A DNA stretch of 64,000 nucleotides, from contig CDROCS010001674.1 of assembly GCA_977020255.1 (NCBI GenBank), positions 1 through 64,000 of the forward strand. Direction: 5' to 3'. The notes beneath the pieces were generated by a model that saw only the letters and a list, made by a program, of their open reading frames with translations, did not search any database and was not told the origin of the DNA. Source of the stretch: Obrimoposthia wandeli (taxonomy: Eukaryota). The first letter of the stretch is position 1; each line of letters starts with the position of its first letter. Of the stretch, positions 35,676 through 45,391 are shown piece after piece. A program made the translations under genes and the position numbers.

Positions 35676-37700
35676 ATGAGTAAAGTCTTCTCTCTATCTT
35701 CTGGTTTTTCACCAGCAGGTGATCAACCTACAGCAATTAATCAATTATTAGAGGGGCTTGATTCAGGGCTTGCTCATCAGACTTTACTGGGCGTTACAGG
35801 TTCAGGCAAAACGTTCACTATTGCGAATGTAATAGCAAAATCCAATCGTCCTACGTTTATCATGGCGCCGAATAAGACGTTAGCCGCGCAACTCTATGGC
35901 GAGATGAAAGAGTTCTTTCCTGAGAATGCAGTCGAATATTTTGTGTCTTATTATGATTATTACCAGCCTGAAGCATATGTGCCAACAACCGATACTTTTA
36001 TTGAAAAAGATGCCTCTGTAAACGCACATATTGAACAGATGCGACTATCCGCCACCAAAGCATTATTAGAGCGTCGCGACGTTATTATTATTGCTTCTGT
36101 ATCTGCAATCTATGGTTTGGGCGATCCTGATTCCTACTTGAAGATGATGTTGCATGTACGCCGTGGAGACGTGCTAAATCAGCGTGATATTCTCCGTCGC
36201 CTTGCTGAATTACAATATACGCGCAATGACGTTGCTTTTGAGCGTGGGCATTTTCGTGTAAGAGGGGAAGTCATCGACGTTTTTCCTGCTGAATCAGAAC
36301 ATGATGCTATCCGTATTGAACTGTTTGACGATGAAGTTGAGTGTATCAGCGTATTTGATCCTTTAACTGGTGCGATACTGCAAAAAGATTTGCCGCGTTG
36401 TACGATTTATCCGAAGACGCACTATGTAACCCCTCGAGAAAAAATTCTTGAAGCCATTGAAAAAATTAAAGTTGAGTTGGTTGTTCGACGTAAGCAGCTT
36501 CTAGATAGCAATAAGCTTGTAGAAGAGCAACGAATTTCACAGCGTACGCAATTTGATATTGAAATGATGAATGAATTAGGTTTTTGTTCAGGTATCGAAA
36601 ACTATTCTCGTTACTTAAGTGGTCGTGAGGAAGGAGAGCCGCCCCCTACGTTATTTGACTATTTGCCGGCAGATGGATTGCTCATCATCGATGAATCACA
36701 TGTTACAGTCTCGCAAATTGGTGCTATGTATCGTGGTGATCGCTCTCGTAAAGAAAACTTGGTTGAATACGGGTTTCGTTTACCCTCTGCTCTCGACAAC
36801 CGTCCAATGAAATTTGATGAGTTTGCATCATTAGCCCCGCAAACTATTTATGTTTCAGCAACACCGGGTAAATATGAAATAGAGCAATCGGGTAATGATA
36901 TTGCCGAACAGGTTGTTAGACCTACAGGCTTACTCGATCCTATTATTGAAGTGCGTCCGGTTGCAACACAAGTGGATGATCTATTATCTGAAATTCGGAT
37001 CAGAGAAGCGAAAGGTGAGCGCGTGTTGGTAACGACACTGACTAAGCGTATGTCTGAAGATTTAGCCGAATATCTTGCAGAACATAATGTCAAAGTACGC
37101 TACCTTCACTCCGACATCGATACTGTCGAGCGTGTAGAGATTATTCGTGATTTGCGTTTAGGTGTGTTTGATGTGTTGGTGGGTATCAACTTGCTTCGAG
37201 AAGGCCTAGATATTCCAGAAGTGTCTTTAGTGGCTATTCTTGATGCAGACAAAGAAGGGTTTTTACGTTCAGAGCGTTCGTTGATTCAAACAATTGGTCG
37301 TGCGGCACGTAACCTTGAAGGTCGTGCTATTCTCTATGGCGACAAGATCACAGGCTCAATGGAACGGGCAATCTTTGAGACCAATCGCCGGCGTGAGAAG
37401 CAAGCTCTCCATAACGAAAAAAATGGTATTACTCCGAAGGGATTGAATAAAAAGGTGGGTGATATTCTTGAACTCGGCAAGCCAAGTTCTCGTTCCAGAA
37501 CGAATAAAGCAGCGCAGCTCAATCGTGTAGCTGAAAGTAAAGGCACTTATATCAATCTGTCTCCTCAGCAGTTGGAAACTGAAATACAGCGGCTAGAAAC
37601 AGAGATGTATGATTTGGCGCAGAACTTAGAATTTGAAAAAGCAGCTGAAGCCCGTGACAAAATACATACGTTACGCCAGCAGTTTATAATGAACAGTTAA
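35676..37700 (+). CDS. uvrB: Excinuclease ABC subunit B
   Basis: [23 protein letters not shown] and QTIGRAARN. The ATG at 35676 gives MSKVF. Confidence 0.99.
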   Translation: MSKVFSLSSGFSPAGDQPTAINQLLEGLDSGLAHQTLLGVTGSGKTFTIANVIAKSNRPTFIMAPNKTLAAQLYGEMKEFFPENAVEYFVSYYDYYQPEAYVPTTDTFIEKDASVNAHIEQMRLSATKALLERRDVIIIASVSAIYGLGDPDSYLKMMLHVRRGDVLNQRDILRRLAELQYTRNDVAFERGHFRVRGEVIDVFPAESEHDAIRIELFDDEVECISVFDPLTGAILQKDLPRCTIYPKTHYVTPREKILEAIEKIKVELVVRRKQLLDSNKLVEEQRISQRTQFDIEMMNELGFCSGIENYSRYLSGREEGEPPPTLFDYLPADGLLIIDESHVTVSQIGAMYRGDRSRKENLVEYGFRLPSALDNRPMKFDEFASLAPQTIYVSATPGKYEIEQSGNDIAEQVVRPTGLLDPIIEVRPVATQVDDLLSEIRIREAKGERVLVTTLTKRMSEDLAEYLAEHNVKVRYLHSDIDTVERVEIIRDLRLGVFDVLVGINLLREGLDIPEVSLVAILDADKEGFLRSERSLIQTIGRAARNLEGRAILYGDKITGSMERAIFETNRRREKQALHNEKNGITPKGLNKKVGDILELGKPSSRSRTNKAAQLNRVAESKGTYINLSPQQLETEIQRLETEMYDLAQNLEFEKAAEARDKIHTLRQQFIMNS

Positions 37701-37787
37701 CGATAAGATAACCCCTTTTCGTCGCGAGTAACAAGTCGGTGTTACGTATTATTCGCGACAAATTCCTTTCTTTACCAAATTACAGGC

Positions 37788-37888
37788 AAAAAAAAGCCAA
37801 CCGTAATAGTTTCGGTTGGCACCATTGTTTTAGTGAATTTATTCCACAAACAACGTCAGTTGGCTAGGTTGACTCTACATTAGAGTCA
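37788..37888 (-). ncRNA. qrr1: Quorum regulatory RNA Qrr1
   Basis: Contains CCTAGCCAACTGACGTTGTT (Qrr core), a 5' hairpin and a GCCAACCG/CGGTTGGC terminator with U-run. It is divergent from luxO and preceded by a sigma54 promoter. Confidence 0.95.
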
Positions 37889-37898
37889 ATTGTATTAA

Positions 37899-37915
37899 TG
37901 CATCTCTCGTGCCAA
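37899..37915 (-). promoter_or_regulatory. sigma54 promoter of qrr1
   Basis: TTGGCACGAGAGATGCA (GG-N10-GC); predicted +1 at 37888. Confidence 0.9.
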
Positions 37916-37997
37916 CTTTTTTATAGTGTTTTTTTTGGCATAAACACAGTGTTTAGCGATTAATTTGTCATAAGATCTTGCTATAACACCTGCGTAC

Positions 37998-38012
37998 TTC
38001 GCATTTTGCGAA
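37998..38012. promoter_or_regulatory. Putative LuxO binding site between qrr1 and luxO
   Basis: Palindrome TTCGCA-TTT-TGCGAA, a variant of TTGCA-W3-TGCAA, centred about 117 bp upstream of the qrr1 +1. Confidence 0.65.
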
Positions 38013-38128
38013 TCGTTTTGCGAATTATAATGCAATAGTAATGGTTTTTTGCAAAAAGATAAAAATAACCTTACATAAATTTATGCATTGATTACAATTA
38101 GTTCAGGGAAAAGTATCGGGGAGAGGCA

Positions 38129-39580
38129 ATGGAAAGCGGAATAAAACAAAGACACGTTTTAATGGTGGAAGATACAGCCTCGGTAGCTGCATTGTATAAA
38201 TCTTATCTAAACCCATTGGGACTAAATGTCACGATTGTCGGAACAGGACGAGATGCGCTGAACTTCATGAAAGAGACGGTGCCTGAACTTATCCTGCTGG
38301 ATCTGCGTTTACCTGATATGACAGGGATGGAAGTCCTTGAATTTGTCCGTCGTGACTATAAAAATTTACCTGTCGTTATTATGACAGCCCACGGTTCTAT
38401 CGATGTGGCGGTAGATGCCATGAGGCATGGCGCACAAGACTTTCTGATCAAACCCTGCGAAGCTGATCGTTTACGCATTACAGTGAACAATGCATTAAAA
38501 GATAAAAGTAAAAGTCAGCAATCATCTACATCTAAGCAAGGTGGAGCACAATATCAGGGGTTCATCGGTAATAGTATACCGATGCAAGCCGTATATCGTG
38601 TTATCGAATCTGCAGCGTCGAGTAAAGCAACGGTTTTTGTAACGGGTGAAAGTGGTACGGGTAAAGAAGTGTGTGCAGAAGCGATTCACGCAGCCAGCCC
38701 GCGTAATGATAAACCGTTTGTAGCATTAAATTGTGCAGCTATTCCTAAAGAGCTCATTGAAAGTGAGTTATTTGGTCATGTTAAAGGTGCATTTACAGGT
38801 GCATCGACTGAACGGCAAGGTGCTGTAGAAATGGCTCATAAAGGAACATTGTTTCTTGATGAGCTTTGTGAAATGGATTTGGATTTACAAAGTAAGTTAT
38901 TACGCTTTATTCAAACAGGAACATATCAAAAAGTCGGTTCATCTAAAACGAGCACTGTTGATGTACGTTTTGTATGTGCGACGAATCGTAATCCGTGGAT
39001 TGAGGTTCAAGAAGGACGGTTCCGAGAGGATCTCTATTATCGCTTACACGTTATTCCAATTGCATTACCACCGTTACGTGATCGTAGTGACGATATGATT
39101 GAAATAGCCCATGCTTTATTAGCGTTGATGTCTGTGGAAGAAGGTAAAAACTTTAGTCGTTTTTCTTCCGACGTTATTGAATTGTTTAAGTTACATGCTT
39201 GGCCGGGCAATGTTCGTGAATTACAAAACGTTATACGTAATATTGTCGTTTTAAATTCTGGAGAAGAAGTCACACTTCAAATGGTTCCACCGCCGATTAG
39301 TGAGATATCTGGCGCTGAAATTGCATCCCCTCTAAGAATTGCTTCTGGAGTACAAATAAGTACGATTGCACAGAACGACATTTCACATACAGAACCCATT
39401 GAACGGACTGCAATTGAGCCACTTTGGGTGGTAGAAAAACGTGCAATACAAGCTGCTATTGATGCGTGTGATGGTAATATTCCTCGTGCGGCAGGTTTTC
39501 TCGAAGTTAGCCCATCAACAATTTATAGAAAATTACAAGCCTGGCAAGATGCTGTCGGTAGTAATAGGGAGATCGATTAA
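38129..39580 (+). CDS. luxO: Quorum-sensing sigma54 response regulator LuxO
   Basis: [12 protein letters not shown], receiver [22 protein letters not shown] and C-terminal HTH. Confidence 0.98.
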   Translation: MESGIKQRHVLMVEDTASVAALYKSYLNPLGLNVTIVGTGRDALNFMKETVPELILLDLRLPDMTGMEVLEFVRRDYKNLPVVIMTAHGSIDVAVDAMRHGAQDFLIKPCEADRLRITVNNALKDKSKSQQSSTSKQGGAQYQGFIGNSIPMQAVYRVIESAASSKATVFVTGESGTGKEVCAEAIHAASPRNDKPFVALNCAAIPKELIESELFGHVKGAFTGASTERQGAVEMAHKGTLFLDELCEMDLDLQSKLLRFIQTGTYQKVGSSKTSTVDVRFVCATNRNPWIEVQEGRFREDLYYRLHVIPIALPPLRDRSDDMIEIAHALLALMSVEEGKNFSRFSSDVIELFKLHAWPGNVRELQNVIRNIVVLNSGEEVTLQMVPPPISEISGAEIASPLRIASGVQISTIAQNDISHTEPIERTAIEPLWVVEKRAIQAAIDACDGNIPRAAGFLEVSPSTIYRKLQAWQDAVGSNREID

Positions 39581-39582
39581 TT

Positions 39583-39942
39583 ATGACTATCAATATTAAC
39601 CATGAAACAATAAAGCGTCTAGCTGATGAAGTAGGTGAAGAAACCGTTTCGATCTTGTTCAATGTATTTAGTGATGAACTAGAGCAATATTTACGTCAAT
39701 TATCAGATCAACCAACGGTAACCCAAATTGGTGACATCAGTCATGCTGTAAAGAGCAGTGCTGCTAGCTTTGGTGCAGATGATCTCGCTCTAATGGCTCA
39801 AGAATGTGAATCGAGAGTGAAGCAAGAGCAAGATCATTGGATTGTCGATCGTCTGCCTGAATTTAGAACGATGGTTGAAGAGACAGCTCATAAATATAAG
39901 CAGTTAGCCAGCAATAATGATCTTATCAATAGCATGCTTTAA
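39583..39942 (+). CDS. luxU: Hpt phosphorelay protein LuxU
   Basis: SHAVKSSAASFGA Hpt motif immediately after luxO. Confidence 0.95.
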   Translation: MTININHETIKRLADEVGEETVSILFNVFSDELEQYLRQLSDQPTVTQIGDISHAVKSSAASFGADDLALMAQECESRVKQEQDHWIVDRLPEFRTMVEETAHKYKQLASNNDLINSML

Positions 39943-40797
39943 CTTTTCTCTATCATGACGCCATTCTTGATTACTAGATGCTAAGTCTTCGATAAGTTGC
40001 TCGTACCGAGGTGCGAGCTCAGGTATCGGCTTATCAGTAATTACTGCATCAATATACTTACCGCCCATCGCTCGCTCACACCAATGTAACATGGTCATGA
40101 GTGACATTTTCCCAGCAGGTCCATTCTCTTGGTCTAAATTCGTAATGAAAACAATTCTGGCATTAGAATCTTTTAATGCGCCAGCAATTTCTTTCAATAA
40201 TAGTGGTGGCATAATGCTGGTTAGAAAGCTGCCGGGGCCCAGTAAAACAATATCTGCTTCATGAATAGCCGTTACCGTTTCTTTGGTTGCAGGTACTAAT
40301 GGCTCAACATACAGACGTTGTGGAACGTCTTGCAGTTCATCGATACTGGTTTCACCACAAATGATTTCACCCGTTAAGGTCAAAGCAGATAAATCGGCAG
40401 GATGCTCTGACATGGGGATAATTTGTGTTTTAACTTTGAGCATATCGCGAATAAGGTTTATTGCTTCTAGCGGGCGCACTGATAGGTTATCGAGTGCGGT
40501 AAGCATTAAATTACCTAAGTTGTGACCATTTAATTCACCGTTACCCCGAAACCTGTATTCGAAGATCATTGAACCGACAGAAGGCTCTGTAATTAATTGA
40601 TTGATGCAATTTCGCATATCTCCCCATGCAATTCCGCCTTGGCAAGCACGAATTCGACCGGTTGATCCACCATTGTCTGTGGTTGTTACGATCCCCGTAA
40701 CTTGAGATCCGTAATCAGACAAGGCAGAAAGTATACGACCTAAACCATGACCACCGCCAATAGCGACGATTTTTGTTTTATTTTGATTATCCGTCAT
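39904..40797 (-). CDS. yvcK: YvcK/YbhK-family gluconeogenesis factor
   Basis: AIGGGHGL, TTTDNGGSTGR and GPGSFLTSI; convergent with luxU. Confidence 0.95.
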   Translation of the reverse strand: MTDNQNKTKIVAIGGGHGLGRILSALSDYGSQVTGIVTTTDNGGSTGRIRACQGGIAWGDMRNCINQLITEPSVGSMIFEYRFRGNGELNGHNLGNLMLTALDNLSVRPLEAINLIRDMLKVKTQIIPMSEHPADLSALTLTGEIICGETSIDELQDVPQRLYVEPLVPATKETVTAIHEADIVLLGPGSFLTSIMPPLLLKEIAGALKDSNARIVFITNLDQENGPAGKMSLMTMLHWCERAMGGKYIDAVITDKPIPELAPRYEQLIEDLASSNQEWRHDREKLKHAIDKIIIAG

Positions 40798-40999
40798 GTG
40801 CAATGTGCAAGCTTTTGTAATCTGTATTTATCCGTGAGTGTATACAAGGCTGCAATATGAATACAAGATCTGGATGTTAATATGCTGCTTGCATCACGCT
40901 TAGTAAGCATTATTGTGTGAAGCTTAAGCGGGTATAAAACGCCTTCAATCATAAAGTAAAAATACACAGCATATTGGGTCGTTATTATCTGTAAGCAAG

Positions 41000-41575
41000 C
41001 TAATGTGATTCTAGCATCATACTCATGAGGTAATCACAGGTATCGAGGCAGTTTGGTGTGTTGAGAAGTAGCTGCTTTTCACTAGCAGGTACAGGTAAAA
41101 TCTCTAGCCAACGTTGGCATAACCAACTCAGGTTATGAAATTCTTTCTTTATGTGTAAATTATCTAATTCAGGGTATTTATCAAACATAATTTGTAATTT
41201 ATCAGCCAACAATTGTTGGTTGTTACGTGCCTTCATTTCAGACCATTGCGGTAGTACCTGATATTCACCAAAGAAAACACCATTATCGTTTTGTTCTAAC
41301 GATTTGATACGGAAGCTTTCGTGTCCATAAACCGTAACGATTAATGCGCCATCTTTTTTAGAGGTATCAAAATCTTCAACCGTTACACGCGTACCGATAT
41401 GAAAAAATTGGTGATTATGCTCACTCCGGTCAAACATACAAACGCCAAATCCTTCTTCAGATGTGACTGCGACTTTAAACGCGTCAGTTTGCGGCCCTGG
41501 AGCGATCCTTATTGGCATTCTACCCGTCGGCAAAACATGACGTTTTTGAAAAAGTAGCGGTAGTAAATTCGTCAT
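41000..41575 (-). CDS. Stand-alone Lon N-terminal (substrate-binding) domain protein
   Basis: LPLLFQKRHVLPTGRMPIRI...FGVCM...RFRI-like...WLCQRWLEILP pattern with no AAA+ or protease domain. A GGAG RBS lies 6 nt before the ATG at 41575. Confidence 0.85.
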   Translation of the reverse strand: MTNLLPLLFQKRHVLPTGRMPIRIAPGPQTDAFKVAVTSEEGFGVCMFDRSEHNHQFFHIGTRVTVEDFDTSKKDGALIVTVYGHESFRIKSLEQNDNGVFFGEYQVLPQWSEMKARNNQQLLADKLQIMFDKYPELDNLHIKKEFHNLSWLCQRWLEILPVPASEKQLLLNTPNCLDTCDYLMSMMLESH

Positions 41576-41618
41576 TGTCGGCTCCATTTCTAAATGTTGA
41601 TGTCTGATAAGGTAGACA

Positions 41619-41636
41619 TTGCAAATGTGATGCCGA
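41619..41636 (-). promoter_or_regulatory. Putative sigma54 promoter of the Lon-N gene
   Basis: Minus strand TCGGCATCACATTTGCAA = GG-N10-GC with CA and TTGCA conserved; predicted +1 at about 41609. Confidence 0.7.
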
Positions 41637-41699
41637 CATTTCGATACCGCTATTTTGTTGTTTTATACCTTCGTTGGTATGAGTGGTAGGGTGCATTTT

Positions 41700-41743
41700 T
41701 TGCATATTGCAAATAGTTCGCTCATCCAAACTGCAAAATGCAA
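41700..41743. promoter_or_regulatory. Two tandem LuxO-consensus enhancer boxes
   Basis: TTGCA-TAT-TGCAA (41700-41712, perfect) and CTGCA-AAA-TGCAA (41731-41743, one mismatch). Confidence 0.65.
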
Positions 41744-41749
41744 AGCACT

Positions 41750-41977
41750 TTATTTCTGATTAGCAATAATACGAAGTGCATTGTCACTGGGTAGCAGTTC
41801 TAAATGCCCTTGGTCGTTAAAATACCAGCCTTTGATAATCCCTTTACTTGCCATGTCACTGAAGCCATCAATAACACTTTGTGCCTGTTGATAAGATGCT
41901 TTTACATCTATGCCGTCTTCTCGCTGCAGATAGAGCGCTATATCGTCAATGGTTGCAGATTCAATAATATTGGACAT
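41750..41977 (-). CDS. 75-aa hypothetical protein
   Basis: MSNIIESATIDDIALYLQRE...KGWYF...LELLPS; purine-rich RBS (CTGGGGG) before the ATG at 41977. Confidence 0.75.
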   Translation of the reverse strand: MSNIIESATIDDIALYLQREDGIDVKASYQQAQSVIDGFSDMASKGIIKGWYFNDQGHLELLPSDNALRIIANQK

Positions 41978-42168
41978 AAAACCCCCAGAATTAGTGAGAA
42001 ATATAAAGAATATTCCCTTTAGTAGTATTGTCGCGATCCGCGCCAAAAGGTAGAATATGGCAATATTTTTTCAGTAACTTGTCAATAAGGCATTTTATCT
42101 GATACTTTTATAATTAGATTAGCTGTTATGTTACTTGCTTCCTAATGAGTCAAGTTGCATAGCTGCCA

Positions 42169-42300
42169 TAACTCCGAGCTTTGGTCACTACGTTTTCTGT
42201 TTTTCTTAAATTCAGAATATATGTGTTCAGAGCCAGTGACATACTGTCACCAGGGTCAATTTAGAAATGAATCGGCCTCCCGTATTTGGAAAGGTGTTCC
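42169..42300 (+). ncRNA. Moco RNA motif (molybdenum cofactor riboswitch)
   Basis: ACTCCGAGC...CACCAGGG...GAAA...GCCTCCCGTATTTGGAAAGGTG directly before the moaA ATG, matching the moaA leader motif. Confidence 0.9.
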
Positions 42301-43308
42301 ATGGCGCAACAATTAGATAATGATCTTCAATTTGAAGATCGCTTTAATCGTAAGTTTTATTACTTGCGACTGTCAGTTACAGATGTCTGTAATTTTAAAT
42401 GTACTTACTGCCTACCTGATGGCTATAAGCCGACAGAAAAAAAGAAACCTTCTTTTCTTACATTGGATGAGATTGAGCGCGTAACGAGGGCTTTTGCTGA
42501 ATGTGGAACGTCAAAAGTACGTATCACGGGTGGCGAACCTAGTTTACGTCGTGACTATACAGATATTATCCGTACTGTTGCGGCTCAGCCCGGTATCACG
42601 AAAGTGGCAACTACCACAAATGGCTACCGCATGGCAAAGAATGTCAAAGAGTGGCGAGAGGCTGGTCTTACTCATATCAATGTGAGTGTAGATAGTTTAG
42701 ATCCTAAGATGTTTTATCAAATCACCGGCGAGAATATGTTTCATAAGGTGATGTCAGGGATCGATGCGGCATTTGACGCAGGTTTTGAACAAGTCAAAAT
42801 CAATACGGTATTGCTGAAAAATCAGAATTCACAAGAGCTACCAAGGTTTCTAGCATGGATTAAAACGCGTCCTATTCAGTTGCGTTTTATTGAACTGATG
42901 CAGACTGGTGAAATGGATTCGTTATTCAAAAATCATCATGTTTCTGGTGTAAGTATTCGTAATCATCTTATTGCTAATGGTTGGCTTTTAAAGATCAATG
43001 GCAAAAATGATGGCCCAGCACAAGTCTTTTGTCATCCCGATTATATGGGTGAAATTGGGCTTATCATGCCTTATGAAAAAAACTTCTGTCAAAGTTGCAA
43101 CCGTTTACGCGTTTCAGCAAAAGGCAAACTTCACCTGTGCCTATTTGGTGATCATGGGATAGAGCTTCGTGATTTACTGTCGACAGATGAGCAACGAAAA
43201 GAACTCATTAGTCGTATTCAAGGTGGATTAAAGGAAAAAGCGGTTAGCCATTTCCTTGATGCTGGAAATACAGGTATGACACCTAATCTTGCTTCTATTG
43301 GCGGTTGA
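42301..43308 (+). CDS. moaA: GTP 3',8-cyclase MoaA
   Basis: CNFKCTYC radical-SAM motif and C-terminal CQSCNRLR...C, ending in IGG. Confidence 0.98.
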   Translation: MAQQLDNDLQFEDRFNRKFYYLRLSVTDVCNFKCTYCLPDGYKPTEKKKPSFLTLDEIERVTRAFAECGTSKVRITGGEPSLRRDYTDIIRTVAAQPGITKVATTTNGYRMAKNVKEWREAGLTHINVSVDSLDPKMFYQITGENMFHKVMSGIDAAFDAGFEQVKINTVLLKNQNSQELPRFLAWIKTRPIQLRFIELMQTGEMDSLFKNHHVSGVSIRNHLIANGWLLKINGKNDGPAQVFCHPDYMGEIGLIMPYEKNFCQSCNRLRVSAKGKLHLCLFGDHGIELRDLLSTDEQRKELISRIQGGLKEKAVSHFLDAGNTGMTPNLASIGG

Positions 43309-43449
43309 TTCTTCCGTTTATTCAGTAAGGTGTTAGTCGTAGTACTATGCCTTACTGTACATTCGAATCGCGAAGAACGAAGCCTTACTTCTGAATACAT
43401 TTAGGCATGCCAGAACATTTTTTCATGCCTCTTTATGGAAATAATTTTG

Positions 43450-43944
43450 ATGAATCAACTAACTCATATCAATGCTTCTGGTGAAGCAAACATGGTCGAT
43501 GTGTCAGCTAAAGCTGAAACAGTACGTGAAGCACGTGCAGAAGCATTTGTACATATGGCACCAGAAACGCTAGAACTGATTGTATCAGGTCATAATCGCA
43601 AAGGTGATGTGTTTGCTACAGCACGCATTGCAGGTATTCAAGCGGCTAAAAAGACGTGGGATTTAATACCGCTTTGCCATCCGCTTTTGTTATCAAAAGT
43701 GGAAGTACAGCTTGAAGCAATGCCTGCCACAAATGAAAATGAAACCAATATGGTACGTATTGAATCGTGTTGTAAATTGGCAGGTAAAACGGGTGTTGAG
43801 ATGGAAGCACTAACTGCCGCTTCAGTTGCAGCATTAACCATTTATGATATGTGTAAAGCCGTTCAGAAAGATATGGTTATTAGCCAAGTTCGTTTGCTAG
43901 AGAAAACGGGTGGGAAATCAGGTCACTTTAAGGTAGAAGCATGA
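43450..43944 (+). CDS. moaC: cPMP synthase MoaC
   Basis: [21 protein letters not shown] and TGVEMEAL. Confidence 0.97.
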   Translation: MNQLTHINASGEANMVDVSAKAETVREARAEAFVHMAPETLELIVSGHNRKGDVFATARIAGIQAAKKTWDLIPLCHPLLLSKVEVQLEAMPATNENETNMVRIESCCKLAGKTGVEMEALTAASVAALTIYDMCKAVQKDMVISQVRLLEKTGGKSGHFKVEA

Positions 43945-44186
43945 TTAATGTACTTTTCTTTGCTCAAGTTAAAGAGTTAGTTGGTGTAGATTGTTTAGAC
44001 GTTAATGCTGAATATACAACAGCAGAGATGCTACGTGCACATTTGACGGAACGTGGTGATAAATGGCAGTTGGCACTCGAGTCAGGAAAACTATTAGTTG
44101 CGGTTAACCAAACAATTTGTCATTTAGACACTGAAATTAAAGATGGCGATGAAGTTGCTTTTTTCCCGCCAGTGACGGGAGGCTAA
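43941..44186 (+). CDS. moaD: Molybdopterin synthase sulfur carrier MoaD
   Basis: C-terminal FFPPVTGG. Confidence 0.97.
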   Translation: MINVLFFAQVKELVGVDCLDVNAEYTTAEMLRAHLTERGDKWQLALESGKLLVAVNQTICHLDTEIKDGDEVAFFPPVTGG

Positions 44187-44188
44187 CA

Positions 44189-44638
44189 ATGATTTCGGTT
44201 CAGTTTGATGATTTTTCTGTTGCTGAAGAATATGCACTTTTATCGGAAGGTACTGATGCCGGTGCAGTGGTAACCTTTATTGGTAAAGTGCGTGACTTTA
44301 ATCAAGGTGATGATGTAACAGGGCTATCGCTCGAGCATTATCCTGGTATGACAGAGAAGTCATTAGAAGAAATCGTAGTACAAGCACGCGAGCGTTGGCC
44401 ATTATTAAAAACCCGAGTGATTCACCGTGTTGGAGACTTGGGGTTAGGCGATCAGATTGTGTTTGTCGGCGTAACAAGTGCACACCGTGGTGCAGCATTT
44501 GAAGCATGTGAATTCATCATGGATTTTCTTAAAACCCAAGCGCCTTTTTGGAAAAAAGAGCAAACGAGCACCGAAACGCGTTGGGTAGATGCGAGAGATA
44601 CCGATACTTCTGCTGCAGATCGTTGGCATAAAAAATAA
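44189..44638 (+). CDS. moaE: Molybdopterin synthase catalytic subunit MoaE
   Basis: GAVVTFIGKVR, LEHYPGM, HRVG and APFWKKE. Confidence 0.97.
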   Translation: MISVQFDDFSVAEEYALLSEGTDAGAVVTFIGKVRDFNQGDDVTGLSLEHYPGMTEKSLEEIVVQARERWPLLKTRVIHRVGDLGLGDQIVFVGVTSAHRGAAFEACEFIMDFLKTQAPFWKKEQTSTETRWVDARDTDTSAADRWHKK

Positions 44639-45034
44639 CCTAATATGGATTGTTAGGTAGGTCGAAAAAAGGAGTTAACAGCTCCTTTTTTAATGACAGA
44701 AACAATGGTGTGAAAAGTTAATTACATTTCTCCTTCTGCATGAAATAACATTCCCTCTACATTCTCTTATAAAGTGTACTGATTGGATATTCCTCTTTTT
44801 TATGATTTATATTTAGCTATCGCTAGTTTTTTCATACAGTTAATGATTTTTTGCGTTTGTCTGCTTTTATATAAAGTCAATTTACGGGTTTTTTCCACTT
44901 AGTTTAGTTCGTCATCAGCGCTTAATATTAATACCAAATATGAATTGGATTTGCTTTGGGTATATTGATTTCTTATTGTTGATGTTATTTATAAATGGAC
45001 GTAGAGTTGAATGTGAATAATTAATTGGGTGTTT

Positions 45035-45071
45035 TTTGACCTCTTTTTTGACCTATTTTTAGTTTTTTTGA
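45035..45071. promoter_or_regulatory. ToxR-box-like direct repeats upstream of the porin
   Basis: TTTNA pentamers at 45047, 45057 and 45067 (10-bp phase = TNAAA-N5-TNAAA on the minus strand), plus one more at 45035. Confidence 0.45.
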
Positions 45072-45391
45072 TTTTTTTATTAATAATTTTTATCTTTTTT
45101 TATTGGTTGTTATTCTTTTTAGCTATTAAATTTTATAAAATACCAATTGTGGTTTAAAGAATAATTATTCTTATTGAATTCGGTTCTGTAGAGGTTTTGT
45201 GGTTTTTTATTTAGTTTGAGCGCTTAATAATTCATTTATCGTGTTTTATTCAGGTATTATTTTTCATGTTGGTTGTTTCGGTGGTGTTAATTTTTCGGGG
45301 TTTTACCGTGTTGCGGTGTTTTTTTGTTACTGCTAAGTTCTCTACAGCTCAGGAAGAGTTAAATAATTATAAGTTATTACAGGAATGTAGA

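Noticed and set aside
45266-45391. 42-aa N-terminal extension of the porin (likewise the extended starts of hisF, hisG, ruvA, uvrB, oppA and moaA)
   Set aside because: Downstream starts have the RBS and give the expected family N-termini or signal peptides.
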